Shown: positions 8,496 to 17,721, counted from the stretch's first letter. The stretch: 33,040 nucleotides of DNA from Myxococcota bacterium (GCA_036229005.1 JAZAMN010000067.1:1-33040); one strand, 5' to 3'. The notes: a model not told the origin generated them from the letters alone. Translations and numbers: made by a program.

Positions 8496-10325
8496 TTAGC
8501 GCCGCCGTCGGCTCCCCATCCAGAGCAGCGGCAGCAAGAACGCCACCCAAGCCGCCGAGCTCCCGGCCCCACAGCCACCGGACAGCAGCACCTGCGCTTG
8601 GGTCTCCACCGGCTCGGCGCTGTCTCCCGAGTCCGGGCTCCCGGTCTCTCCGGTCTCGCCCGTGTCCCCGCTGTCCCCCGAGTCACCGCTGTCCCCGCTG
8701 TCCCCCGAGTCGCCACCGGTGTCGGGCTCGTCGACGCCGTCCACCAGGTGCTCCCAGGCCTCGCGTCCCGGCCCGCCGAATGCGCCGATGTCCGAGCGGG
8801 AGGCCCCATGGAGGCCATCCAGGATGCTGGGGTCCCCGTTGTCGATCAGCGGGGAGCCCGCGGCCGGCAGCGGGTCGGTGGAGCAGTCGGTGGAGTCGAA
8901 ACCGCTGTAGAAGCCGGCGGCCTCCTTGAGGTTGCTGGGATCGCTGTACTGCACGATGCCCGCGCTCGATCCCAGGTCCTCGAAGAGGTTGTATAGGACG
9001 TTCTGGGCCGCTGGGGTCGTGGTCCACAGCGCGCTGGCGCCCACCACCGCGTTGTTGACGAAGTTCACCGAGCTGGGCTGGTAGCCATCTGCGGAGCCGA
9101 TGGGCACGTCCACGCCCACAAAGGTGTTGTTCGTCGCGGTGATGATGCCGTCGGTGACCAGCATCGGCAGTGAGCCCGAGCCATTCCGGAACACGCTGTT
9201 GTAGACCTCGAACCCCGAGACCGAGAGAACCACGTGCCCATTGAGGCTGGAGTTCAGCGTGCAGGCCCGCACCCGATGCAGCGTGACCTGGCTCGCCCCT
9301 CCCCCCATCAGGGCGGCCTCTGCGCCGGCCTTGGCGCCCTCCACCCGGACATCGGCGAAGGTCACCTGACCCGCCGACGGGTAGGAGAAGAGCACCCCGC
9401 CCGAGTTCTGCGCGTAGCTGTCCACAAAGCGCCCCCCGATGACGCTGAGCTGCCCCCCATTGAGCACCAGGTCCCCGCCGCGCACGCCCTCCGAGCCGCT
9501 CATGTCCACGTCGGTCAGCACGTGGAAGTCCCCGTCCAGCGACACGGCCGTGCCCGAGTTCTGGGTGAAGGTGCTCCCGGTCACCTGGGTGCTCACCAGC
9601 GCGTTCGCGCGGATTGCCGAGCCCGCCTGCTTGGTCCCGCCAAAGCGCGTGAAGCTCCCCCCGGTCACCTGCAGGGTCTGGGTGTTCGTGGTGCCTGATA
9701 CATAAACCCCGCCGCCCTCGCCCTGCGGGCCGACCTCCAGGGCCACGTCCTCCAGGATGACGCTCCCCGCGTAGGCCAGGGGCCCCTCGATGAGGGCGAT
9801 GGACCACCCAGCGGGCCCCCAGGCTGAGGCAGATCCCAGGTAGTTGACCTGGACCAGCCCACCGCTGAGATCCAGATCCGCGTCCTTCACGCAGACGCCC
9901 CCTTGGTCCGTCGAGGACACCTCGGGCGTGATCACCACGTCCACCCCGCTGACGACGCTCTCCTCCAGCACCTGCAGCGCGCAGTAGGGCCCCTCGATGC
10001 TCACCCCGCTCTGGGGGTTGTAGACGCTGTAGGGGACCGTGAGGATGGACACCTGCTCCAGCGTCACCTTGGCCGCATCCACAGCGCGGATGGGGGGGAT
10101 CCTGACCAGCGCCCCATCCGCGCTGCGCAGCACCAGGTCCCGGCCAATCTCCAGCCCGCCCCCGCCCGGCTCCCCGCCCACCGCGTAGTCGCTGAGCAGG
10201 TTCAGGGTGAGCACGCTCTCCGACCCGGTGTCGGCGACCGCATCGCTGATGGTCGTGTAGTCCCCCGTAGACCCCACGCTGTAGGTGGCGGCGAGGGGGG
10301 CGGACGAGAGCAGGAGTGTCAGCAT
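8496..10325 (-). CDS. Secreted right-handed beta-helix (pectin-lyase-fold) surface protein with MYXO-CTERM-like anchor
   Basis: Signal peptide; DYTTISDAV N-cap; GGG/N-rich repeats; SPLIDNGDP...RSDIGAFGG cap; (GDS/GET)n linker; GGC + hydrophobic helix + RRRR end. Alternative start GTG 10331. Confidence 0.85.
   Translation of the reverse strand: MLTLLLSSAPLAATYSVGSTGDYTTISDAVADTGSESVLTLNLLSDYAVGGEPGGGGLEIGRDLVLRSADGALVRIPPIRAVDAAKVTLEQVSILTVPYSVYNPQSGVSIEGPYCALQVLEESVVSGVDVVITPEVSSTDQGGVCVKDADLDLSGGLVQVNYLGSASAWGPAGWSIALIEGPLAYAGSVILEDVALEVGPQGEGGGVYVSGTTNTQTLQVTGGSFTRFGGTKQAGSAIRANALVSTQVTGSTFTQNSGTAVSLDGDFHVLTDVDMSGSEGVRGGDLVLNGGQLSVIGGRFVDSYAQNSGGVLFSYPSAGQVTFADVRVEGAKAGAEAALMGGGASQVTLHRVRACTLNSSLNGHVVLSVSGFEVYNSVFRNGSGSLPMLVTDGIITATNNTFVGVDVPIGSADGYQPSSVNFVNNAVVGASALWTTTPAAQNVLYNLFEDLGSSAGIVQYSDPSNLKEAAGFYSGFDSTDCSTDPLPAAGSPLIDNGDPSILDGLHGASRSDIGAFGGPGREAWEHLVDGVDEPDTGGDSGDSGDSGDSGDSGDTGETGETGSPDSGDSAEPVETQAQVLLSGGCGAGSSAAWVAFLLPLLWMGSRRRR
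8641..8723 (-). repeat. Coding 9-bp-unit repeat encoding a DSG/DTG/ETG linker
   Basis: GDSGDSGDSGDSGDSGDTGETGETG in the translation. Confidence 0.85.
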
Positions 10326-10331
10326 GGCCAC

Positions 10332-10414
10332 AGGCTACCCCAAGCCATCGGGCGCGGCGGCAGGGTCGACTCCCACTGGACATCCGCCCAGGCGCACGCC
10401 GGGCGCGCTACCTT
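10332..10414. promoter_or_regulatory. Divergent promoters with -10 boxes 6 nt from the start codons (probably leaderless)
   Basis: Plus: TACCTT 10409-10414, 6 nt, ATG 10421. Minus: TAGCCT 10337-10332, 6 nt, ATG 10325. No SD at either start. Confidence 0.5.
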
Positions 10415-10420
10415 CCCAGC

Positions 10421-11098
10421 ATGCAAGCGCGCGTACTGGTGGTCGAAGACGACACAGAGCTGGCCACCATGGTCCGGGACTTCCTGCTGCGCGAGGGCTT
10501 CTCGGTGTCAATCGAGGGCCGGGGTGACCGCGCGGCGCAGCGGATCTTGAGCGAAGGCCCCGACGCCGTGCTCCTGGACCTCCGCCTGCCCGGCCTGGAC
10601 GGCATGAGCGTCTGCCGGGAGCTGCGGCCTCAGTACAGCGGCGCCATCCTCATGCTCACCGCCCGCGGCGACGAGGTCGACGAGATCCTGGGCCTGGAGC
10701 TCGGCGCCGACGACTACTTGACCAAGCCCGTGCGCCCCCGCGTCCTCCTGGCGCGCCTGAGAGCCGCCCTCAGGCGGCGGTCTCCAGCCCCCGCCGACTC
10801 CCTGGAGCTGGGCGCTCTCGTGCTCCACCCCGCCCACCGCCAGGCGACCCTCCAGGGGCGCCCTCTGGATCTGCCCACGGCCGAGTTCGAGCTGCTGCTC
10901 TATCTGGCCAGGAACGCGGGCCAGGTCGTGACCCGGGAGGCCCTCTATCCCGCGCTGGTCGGCGTCCCCTACGACGGCCTGGACCGCGGCATGGACCTGC
11001 GGGTCTCGCGGCTCAGGCGCAAGCTCGGAGACGACCCCCGCCGCCCCCGCTGGCTCAAGTCCGTGCGAGGCGCGGGCTACCTCCTGGTGCCGGAGTGA
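10421..11098 (+). CDS. OmpR/PhoB-family response regulator (RstA-like)
   Basis: VVEDD, LLDLRLP phospho-Asp, GADDYLTKP; winged helix DLRVSRLRRKLGDD...KSVRGAGY; start reassigned to ATG 10421. Confidence 0.95.
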   Translation: MQARVLVVEDDTELATMVRDFLLREGFSVSIEGRGDRAAQRILSEGPDAVLLDLRLPGLDGMSVCRELRPQYSGAILMLTARGDEVDEILGLELGADDYLTKPVRPRVLLARLRAALRRRSPAPADSLELGALVLHPAHRQATLQGRPLDLPTAEFELLLYLARNAGQVVTREALYPALVGVPYDGLDRGMDLRVSRLRRKLGDDPRRPRWLKSVRGAGYLLVPE

Positions 11099-12321
11099 GG
11101 CGCCTCTACCTCCGCGTCCTGTCCGCCGCGATGCTGGCCTTCCTGGTCGGAGCGACCCTGTTGGGGCTCACGCTGCTCCGGGTCCGGGACGCCGACCGTC
11201 AGGTGGTGGCCCAGAGCCTCCACGGCGGCATGGTCGCCGCCGAACAGACCCTCTCCGACCGCGGCGCGACGCCCCAAGTGCTGGCCGAGCTCCGCCGCCA
11301 GTTCCGCTTGGACCTCCAGCTCCGCCCCCCGAGCGAGCTCCCCGCCCAGGCTCAGCGCGAGCTCGCCCCCGGCGAGACCACCTACTTCATGTCCGCGGAC
11401 GGTGGCTTTGCGGCCATCCCCCACCGCCAGCAGGTCCTGGTGCTGGGCCCCATCCCGGACTTCCAGCTCCCGCCAGCCTGGGAGCTGCTGCTCACCTTGC
11501 TCCTGGTCAGCCTGGTCTTTGCGGGCGTGCTGGCCCTGGGCCTGTTGCCCACCTGGCGCCGCTTGGGCGAGCTGGAGTCCGGCGCCCTGGCGCTGGCCAG
11601 CGGACGCTTCGACACCCGCGTCCAAGAGAGCGGGGAGCTCTACCAGCTCGGACACACCCTCAATCACCTCGCTGGCGGGATCGAGTCCCACCGGCGCGCG
11701 CAGGCCGAGCTGCTCCATGCGGTGAGCCACGAGCTCCGCACGCCCCTGGCCCGCCTCGCCTTCGCCCTCGAAGCCCTCCCGGTGGAGGAAGGGGACCTGG
11801 GCCCCGCTGAGCGTGAGATCCACCACCTGGACGCCCTGGTCGGGGAGCTCCTGACCTGGTCTCGTGCCGGCGAGGACACCCTCTCGCCGACCCCCTTGGC
11901 GCTCCCCCAGGACCTGCCGGACCAGACGCTCTCCCTGTCGGGCCCCCCCGTCCGGCTCCTGGTGGACCACCGCCTCTTCCTTCGCTGCCTGGACAACCTG
12001 GTCCGGAACGCGCGGCTGCATGGCGCCGAGCCGATCCGGGTCCACTGGACCCGCGACGGTCAGCGCCTGACGCTCTGTGTCGATGACGCGGGCGCCGGCA
12101 TCCCCGAGCACGACCGTCAGCGCGCGCTGCAGCCCTTCGCCCAGCTCGGAGCAGGGCCGGGCCACGGCCTGGGGCTCGCCATCGCAGACCGGAGCTGCGC
12201 GCGTCACGGGGGCACTCTGCGCCTGGAGACCAGCCCGCTCGGAGGCCTCCGCGCCCGCACCGACTGGCCTGTACATGTTGATACAGAGCGCGACACAGGA
12301 ACAAACGACAGCGGCGACTGA
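11095..12321 (+). CDS. Sensor histidine kinase (RstB-like; 2 TM, HAMP, HisKA, HATPase)
   Basis: GTGA overlap with the regulator; H-box VSHELRTPL, N-box NLVRNA, G1 DDAGAGIP, G2 GHGLGLAI. Confidence 0.93.
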   Translation: MRRLYLRVLSAAMLAFLVGATLLGLTLLRVRDADRQVVAQSLHGGMVAAEQTLSDRGATPQVLAELRRQFRLDLQLRPPSELPAQAQRELAPGETTYFMSADGGFAAIPHRQQVLVLGPIPDFQLPPAWELLLTLLLVSLVFAGVLALGLLPTWRRLGELESGALALASGRFDTRVQESGELYQLGHTLNHLAGGIESHRRAQAELLHAVSHELRTPLARLAFALEALPVEEGDLGPAEREIHHLDALVGELLTWSRAGEDTLSPTPLALPQDLPDQTLSLSGPPVRLLVDHRLFLRCLDNLVRNARLHGAEPIRVHWTRDGQRLTLCVDDAGAGIPEHDRQRALQPFAQLGAGPGHGLGLAIADRSCARHGGTLRLETSPLGGLRARTDWPVHVDTERDTGTNDSGD

Positions 12322-12339
12322 GCCAGGCAGCCTGGACGC

Positions 12340-13461
12340 ATGAAGCGACTGACCGGCCTCGACCTCGCGCGCTCGCTGGCCCTGATGGGCATGGTCTGCG
12401 TCAACATCCCCCTGGTCTTCTCGGCCCTGGACACGGGCGCCGCCGCCCAGCTCATGGATCTGATGGCTGGACGCGCCGCTGCGCTCTTTGTCGTCCTGGC
12501 CGGCGCCGGGAACAGCCTGATGACCCGCGGCGGCCGCCAGGACAGCGCGCGCGCCGCCCACGACCGCGGGCTCATCGTGCGTCGGGCCCTGTTCCTCTTC
12601 GTCCTGGGCATTGGGTGGCTGCCCCTCTGGCCCGGCGACATCCTCCACTTCTACGGCGTGTGGATGCTGATGGCCGCCGGCCTGTTCACCCTCCCGACCC
12701 GCGCCCTGCTCCCGCTGGCCGCCCTCTTCACCCTGGCCTTCCCCGTGCTGCTCGCGGTCGGGCCCTCCTACGAGACCGCCTGGGACTGGGAGACCTTCAC
12801 CTACGCGGATCTGTGGACCCCGCGCGGCTTCTTGAGGAACACCTTCTACAACGGACTCCACCCCGTGTTCCCCTGGTTCGCCTTCTACCTGGGAGGCATG
12901 TGGCTGGGCCGCCAGGACCTCGACCTCCCCCGCCGCCCGCGCCGGCTGCTGGTGGTGCTGGTCCCCCTGTGGCTGCTCATGGAGGCCCTGGGGATTGGGC
13001 TCACCCAGGCGCTCCTGAACCAGGGCCTGTCCCCCGTCGAAGCCGACGCCATCGGCGGCGTGAGCTCCATGCCGCCCATGCCCCAGTACGTGCTGGGCGC
13101 TGGCGCTGCGGCCATGGTCGTCACCCTGGTCTGCATCCCCATCGCAGAGCGTTTCCCCCGCCTGTGCGCGCCGCTGGTCGCCACCGGCCAGCTCGCCCTG
13201 ACCCACTACGCCAGCCATGTCTTCCTGCTGCTCTACCCTCTGGCGCTGCTGTGTGCGCCGGAGACCCTGGAGCTGCCCGGAGCCCCCCGCCTGCGGATGA
13301 GCGGCCCTCTGCTCCTGGGCGCCATGGCCACCTGGGCCACCCTCAGCGTCGGCCTGTCCTGGGCCTGGCGGCGTCGCTTCCCGCGGGGGCCGCTGGAGTG
13401 GGTCATGCGGCGCCTCACCACCCCCCAACCCCAGAGCACTGCTCGGGAGCAGCAAGCATGA
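12340..13461 (+). CDS. DUF418/YeiB-family multi-pass membrane protein
   Basis: RLTGLDLARSLAL start, GDILHFYG, GQLALTHY, RGPLEW.MRR end. Confidence 0.88.
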   Translation: MKRLTGLDLARSLALMGMVCVNIPLVFSALDTGAAAQLMDLMAGRAAALFVVLAGAGNSLMTRGGRQDSARAAHDRGLIVRRALFLFVLGIGWLPLWPGDILHFYGVWMLMAAGLFTLPTRALLPLAALFTLAFPVLLAVGPSYETAWDWETFTYADLWTPRGFLRNTFYNGLHPVFPWFAFYLGGMWLGRQDLDLPRRPRRLLVVLVPLWLLMEALGIGLTQALLNQGLSPVEADAIGGVSSMPPMPQYVLGAGAAAMVVTLVCIPIAERFPRLCAPLVATGQLALTHYASHVFLLLYPLALLCAPETLELPGAPRLRMSGPLLLGAMATWATLSVGLSWAWRRRFPRGPLEWVMRRLTTPQPQSTAREQQA

Positions 13462-14042
13462 TCCTCCTCTTCCTCGCGGTCAGCCCCACCTCGCCGTCGC
13501 CACAGAGCCTGCTGGAGGCGAGCCTGGCCGGCCCGTCCTGCGGTGTGGCGACCATTGAGCTGCGCCAACAAGCCGCCCTCCGTCCCCTCTGGAGAGACAG
13601 CGAGCACCACCGCATCACCGCCCGCCTCCAGGGCGGCGTCTGGAGCGATGTCCAGCACACCCCCCTGGCCGACCACGACCCCAGCACACCCCTGGAGGAG
13701 GGCCCCTACCCCTTTGTACTCCCCGGCGTCGGCCAGTGGCCCAATGACCCCGACCCGGTGTTGTGGAAGGACGGCCTGCCGACCCCACGCCCAGCCGGAC
13801 AGGGCTGGCTGTGGACCACCCCCGACTACCGCCTGAGCTGGCAGCCGGGCCGGGTCAACCTGGAGGCTCCCGGCCGGATGCAGGAGGAGGGAGGGGGCTG
13901 GATTGAGGACCTGAACTGGTCCCTCACCTTCGACGCACAAGGGCGCCCGGAGCGGGAGAAGGGCTCCCTGCGCGCCGGCGAGGACGGGGTTGCGCTGACC
14001 TTTGCCTGGACGGTGGAGTATTCGTGGGCGGCGTGTGGGTGA
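13458..14042 (+). CDS. Hypothetical exported protein (194 aa)
   Basis: ATGA overlap with the DUF418 stop; short hydrophobic N-terminus; Trp-rich beta-like body. Confidence 0.65.
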   Translation: MILLFLAVSPTSPSPQSLLEASLAGPSCGVATIELRQQAALRPLWRDSEHHRITARLQGGVWSDVQHTPLADHDPSTPLEEGPYPFVLPGVGQWPNDPDPVLWKDGLPTPRPAGQGWLWTTPDYRLSWQPGRVNLEAPGRMQEEGGGWIEDLNWSLTFDAQGRPEREKGSLRAGEDGVALTFAWTVEYSWAACG

Positions 14043-14070
14043 GGCGAGGGTGGGGTTGTGAGGGGGGGGC

Positions 14071-15459
14071 TCAGCTCAGGCTGGCCAAGACGTGGTCCCA
14101 GGTCGCGCTTCTCTCGAAGTAGCTCTGATGGTTCACGCCGGGCTCGTTGAACTCCAAGAGCCGCCCATCGGTCACAGGGAAGGTGCCCTTCGGCCCAGTC
14201 ACCCCAGGGGCTCCACAGGTCACGGTTGGTACGATCAGATCGCAGTCGCGCCCCTCGAAGGCCAGGTCCTCGAAGGCGTCGATGGCGAGCTGACTGAACT
14301 CGCCCCCTCCGGTGAGGCGGCACTGCACGGCGTAGTAGCTGGCGCTGGTCTTGAACGTCTCGCTGTCGTTGAGAGCGGCGAGCAGCTCGCTCTCGGTGCC
14401 CTGGGCCGCAAGACCGGGGAAGCGAGAGGCCAGGGTGACCGCCCCTTTGAGGATGATGCTGATGGCGGCGACCACCACACTGAGGCCCCAGACCTGACAC
14501 AGACGCGCCAGGAGTTTGGGAAAGAGCATCGCGCTCTCGACGACCTTCATCAGGTTGTCCTCGTCTGCGAGGGGGGTGCCGGCGTTTGGGGTGCCGACAA
14601 AGACCAGGCGGTGGACCTTGATCTTGGAGATGCCAGGGATCCCCTTCCTCCCCACCCGCTCGGTCAGACGTCGGGCGACCAGGCCGCCTCGGCTCACCGC
14701 GACGATGTCCAGATCCAGGCTGTGGCCGTCCAGCTGCTTGAGCAGGCCGACGACGTTGCTGCGGGGAGACTGGCTCAGCACGCGGTAGTCCATTCCGACG
14801 ACCCGGCCTTCATAGCGGTCCAGCAGCCCCTTGAAGCCCGCCAGACCGGCCTCGCTGCCCTGCCCGAAGCCCTTGTGGCAGGCGCGACCGGTCCCATGGA
14901 TGAGCATCAGCGTGCGGCCCTCTGCCAGGTGGTCCCAGTCCACGGGGCCAGCGGGGGTAGGTGAGCTCCAGTCGCTGAGGCTCATGGGGCGCAACAGATC
15001 GCGGAAGCCCTTCCGCTCATCCAGCTTTCTGGCGATCTTCTTGGCGACCCGATGCTTGAGCCACTGGATCTTGGCCTTGCCGAACTCGGCCGCGCGTCGG
15101 CCCATCCAGCGGAGCGCGGCCTTGGTGGCCCGAACCACCAGCTTGCCTGCGATCTTGCGGCCGATGCCGACCAGATCCTCTCCTGAGAACACCAGGGCGA
15201 AGTCGGCAGCACGTCGGACCGTGAGCAGCAGCTCGAAGACCTCGAGCTCTTCGTCGGCGCCATCGTCCCCAGGACCAAAGGGCTCGCTGTTCAGGTCCGC
15301 GGGGGGCTCGATGTAGAGCTCGGTGACGGCGACCACCTCAACGCCCAGCTCCCTTGGATCGCCGGCGCCAAAGCTCTCCGCCTTGGGGAGCTCGGCGAGC
15401 TCCAGGTAGAAGCCCTTGGCGGTGGCATCGCCAGCCTCTGAGAATTCGATCTGCTCCAT
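14071..15459 (-). CDS. Alpha/beta-hydrolase (lipase/esterase-like, PGAP1/LCAT-like motifs) with charged N-terminal extension
   Basis: LIHGT oxyanion motif, VAVSRGGLVAR elbow, FVGTPNAGTPLA, CDLIVP (Asp), NHQSYF (His); GGAG RBS 7 nt before ATG. Confidence 0.85.
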   Translation of the reverse strand: MEQIEFSEAGDATAKGFYLELAELPKAESFGAGDPRELGVEVVAVTELYIEPPADLNSEPFGPGDDGADEELEVFELLLTVRRAADFALVFSGEDLVGIGRKIAGKLVVRATKAALRWMGRRAAEFGKAKIQWLKHRVAKKIARKLDERKGFRDLLRPMSLSDWSSPTPAGPVDWDHLAEGRTLMLIHGTGRACHKGFGQGSEAGLAGFKGLLDRYEGRVVGMDYRVLSQSPRSNVVGLLKQLDGHSLDLDIVAVSRGGLVARRLTERVGRKGIPGISKIKVHRLVFVGTPNAGTPLADEDNLMKVVESAMLFPKLLARLCQVWGLSVVVAAISIILKGAVTLASRFPGLAAQGTESELLAALNDSETFKTSASYYAVQCRLTGGGEFSQLAIDAFEDLAFEGRDCDLIVPTVTCGAPGVTGPKGTFPVTDGRLLEFNEPGVNHQSYFERSATWDHVLASLS

Positions 15460-15502
15460 GATCTACTCCAATTGGGGGGGCTATTCGGCCGACTGTCTGT
15501 GT

Positions 15503-16633
15503 TCAGTCACCGCCGATGATGATGTGGGAGCCCAGGGGCTCAGGGCTGTTGGTGACCGGCCGCCAGTGGTCTCCGGAGAGCTGCGGCTTGACCTCGACAC
15601 CTGGCTGCGTGGGGTCGCCCAGGAACTGCACCCAGGGACCGTCTCCGAGCTGGGCATCCAGGGCCTGCGCGACCCGCTCGCGCGCCTGCTGGGTCTCGGG
15701 CGTTGAGAAGAGCCCCAGTCCGTCGTAGAGCAGGCGGAGCGAGGTCTGGAGCACCGGCAGGCCCTCATAGGCAGCGCGCAGGAAGACCTGGTCGATGGGC
15801 TCGCGGCTCTGGCCCGTCCGCAGCAGCCAGTGTCCGTAGATGGCGGTTGCGTCGGAGATCCCCAGGTAGGTCCCCAGGTTCTCCCACCAGTGCTCCCGAC
15901 CCCGCAGGTGCCCTGCACGAAGCAGGTGCATCGCTCCGACGATTGCGCCGGTGGGGTCTCGGAACTTCTCGTGGAAGAGATCGATGGCGATGCCCTTGGC
16001 GAGCAGCCCCGCCTCGCGATTGGCGCCCAAAGCGCCGAGCTCCAACAGGTGGTCCATGGCCGGGTTCTGTGTACTCACCCGTAGCACTCCGTTCAGCTCC
16101 AGCTCGGCCCGTGCTGACGCAGAGGGCACCCCACAGCAGCGGGCGCTCAGGGTGGGGCTGGCGACCTGGATGAAGCTGCAGAACTCGGGGTACTCGGAGG
16201 TGCGCCACCGGCCTCCGACGCACCGCCAGTAGCGGTAGTGCAAGCCAGAGAAGCGACTCCCCAGCGCCTTGTGGACCTGGACGTCAGCCAGCCGCTCTGG
16301 GTCCAACTCCAGCTCCGGTGACGCCGCCGCGACCTTCACCAGGCGACGCCAGCTGGACTTGGGGAGCTTGCTCGGGCGATCCGACATCAAGGCCGACAGA
16401 TCGAGCTCCGGGCGGTCCCGCAGGTCGAGCTCAACCGTGTCGTTGGGCCGCAGGACCTGTTGGTGGGTCTGTGTTCCATCGCGGAGCTCGAGCCACAAGG
16501 TCTGTCCATCCAGGTCGAGTTCGGTGGGCTCCCCGGCCAGCAACGTGCCTGATGACTGCGGCTCGAAGGTCTCCGGGTGGATCAACGTCCAAGGGAGCAC
16601 CTGGTGGTCGGCGTGGACGGTCAGGCTTGCCAC
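15503..16633 (-). CDS. Hypothetical protein coupled to the caspase gene (beta-rich N-terminus, helical C-terminus)
   Basis: GTG 16633 with GGAGG 7 nt upstream, overlapping the caspase stop; C-terminal LFHEKFRDP...W.ENL...GLPVLQTSLRLLYDGL. Confidence 0.75.
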   Translation of the reverse strand: MASLTVHADHQVLPWTLIHPETFEPQSSGTLLAGEPTELDLDGQTLWLELRDGTQTHQQVLRPNDTVELDLRDRPELDLSALMSDRPSKLPKSSWRRLVKVAAASPELELDPERLADVQVHKALGSRFSGLHYRYWRCVGGRWRTSEYPEFCSFIQVASPTLSARCCGVPSASARAELELNGVLRVSTQNPAMDHLLELGALGANREAGLLAKGIAIDLFHEKFRDPTGAIVGAMHLLRAGHLRGREHWWENLGTYLGISDATAIYGHWLLRTGQSREPIDQVFLRAAYEGLPVLQTSLRLLYDGLGLFSTPETQQARERVAQALDAQLGDGPWVQFLGDPTQPGVEVKPQLSGDHWRPVTNSPEPLGSHIIIGGD

Positions 16634-17721
16634 TTGAGCACCTCCACGGCCGCAGGCGGCACCACCAAGGCGTCGGTCTCCACCGCCTTGGGCTGGGCGC
16701 CATCCTTGGGCTCCGCTCGCAGGGTCCACTGTCCCGGAGAGAGGGCCCCCCGCCAGATGCGCTGTACGGGCTTGGGGAAGGCAACGCTCTCCCCGCCTGA
16801 GTGGGCCCTCAGGTCGGACTTGCCAGCATTGGGCCGGGGATCCGCGTGGACCACAACCCGGACCGTCGGGGGCTCGGGCAGCTCAGTCAGGGTGATGTCC
16901 GCGTCCCCTTCGATGAAGGTCGGGGGTTTGTGTTGGTCCAGGCGCATGTACTGGGAGACCGCCTCGAGCAGCCGGTCCGCGCGGGTGCTCCAGGTGCCCA
17001 TCTCCTTTGCGGCGGCACCCCCTCGGAGCGCCTCGATCAGCGCCTCGCAGAAGAAGCTGGGGGCCCCCTCTGCCCCAAAAGCCTGCGTGAACGCTTTGGT
17101 CGCGAGCAGCCCGGTGGACTTGAGGTCCACCCAGTCTGCGGCATCGAACACAGAATCGAACATGCCCAGGGGCGCGTCGGTGAGGGCCGGCATCGCCTCG
17201 TTCCGGCAGGCGTCGATGAACCAGAGCTGCTCACGGGGCCTGGCGGAGGCGAGCCCGCTGCGGGACTTCTGGAAGCTGATGCCCCGAAGCATCATGGGCC
17301 CCACCCCGCTCCCGAAGTCCTCGGGCAAGAGCACCGGGTCGGCGCGCAGACCGTGACCGCAGTAGTAGCAGAGCAGTCGGTCATCCGGGCGGTCGGAGGC
17401 GGCCTTCCACGCTGCGGCGGTCTCCAGGATCTTCTGGAAGCTCGCGCGGGGCGGGCTCCACCCTGCAGGCAGCTCCGGCTCCTGCCCCGCGATGGGCGAG
17501 AGCAGCAGACGAAGGGAGCCCAGGGGCTTGGGGCCCAGCTCCGCCTGCGCCACAAGGTGCTTGGCCATCGCGACGGCCGAGTGAGGCGGTGAGCTCAAGC
17601 TGCCCATCATCTGTAGCTCTTCGGGCCCGGTGTCCCCGCCCAGGTTCGGGTAGTGTCCTACCCCAATGACCAGAGCGTGGGTGGCTGGGCCGGCGCGGTC
17701 CTGTTGGTAGACGACTGGCAG
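16621..17721 (-). CDS. Caspase-family cysteine protease (peptidase C14) with C-terminal beta-sandwich; probable CTG start
   Basis: THALVIGVGHY first strand in frame upstream of the ORF-track start; catalytic YYCGHG and FIDACR; small-subunit-like ATKAFTQAFG...SFFCEALIEAL; GGGAGG 5 nt before CTG. Confidence 0.9.
   Translation of the reverse strand: MPVVYQQDRAGPATHALVIGVGHYPNLGGDTGPEELQMMGSLSSPPHSAVAMAKHLVAQAELGPKPLGSLRLLLSPIAGQEPELPAGWSPPRASFQKILETAAAWKAASDRPDDRLLCYYCGHGLRADPVLLPEDFGSGVGPMMLRGISFQKSRSGLASARPREQLWFIDACRNEAMPALTDAPLGMFDSVFDAADWVDLKSTGLLATKAFTQAFGAEGAPSFFCEALIEALRGGAAAKEMGTWSTRADRLLEAVSQYMRLDQHKPPTFIEGDADITLTELPEPPTVRVVVHADPRPNAGKSDLRAHSGGESVAFPKPVQRIWRGALSPGQWTLRAEPKDGAQPKAVETDALVVPPAAVEVLKWQA

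Noticed and set aside
11077..13455. 792-aa minus-strand ORF and similar long ORFs (5934..7430, 6701..8929, 8683..10383, 17787..19268, 19284..21149, 19808..21412, 30620..31918)
   Set aside because: Antisense or alternate-frame shadows of recognisable genes; Arg/Gly/Pro-rich or motif-free translations
14036..14070. G-tract cluster (possible G-quadruplex or REP-like GGGTGGGG..GTGAGGGG, similar to 33023-33040)
   Set aside because: Low-complexity G runs are expected at this GC content and the match is too short to call a repeat family or island boundary
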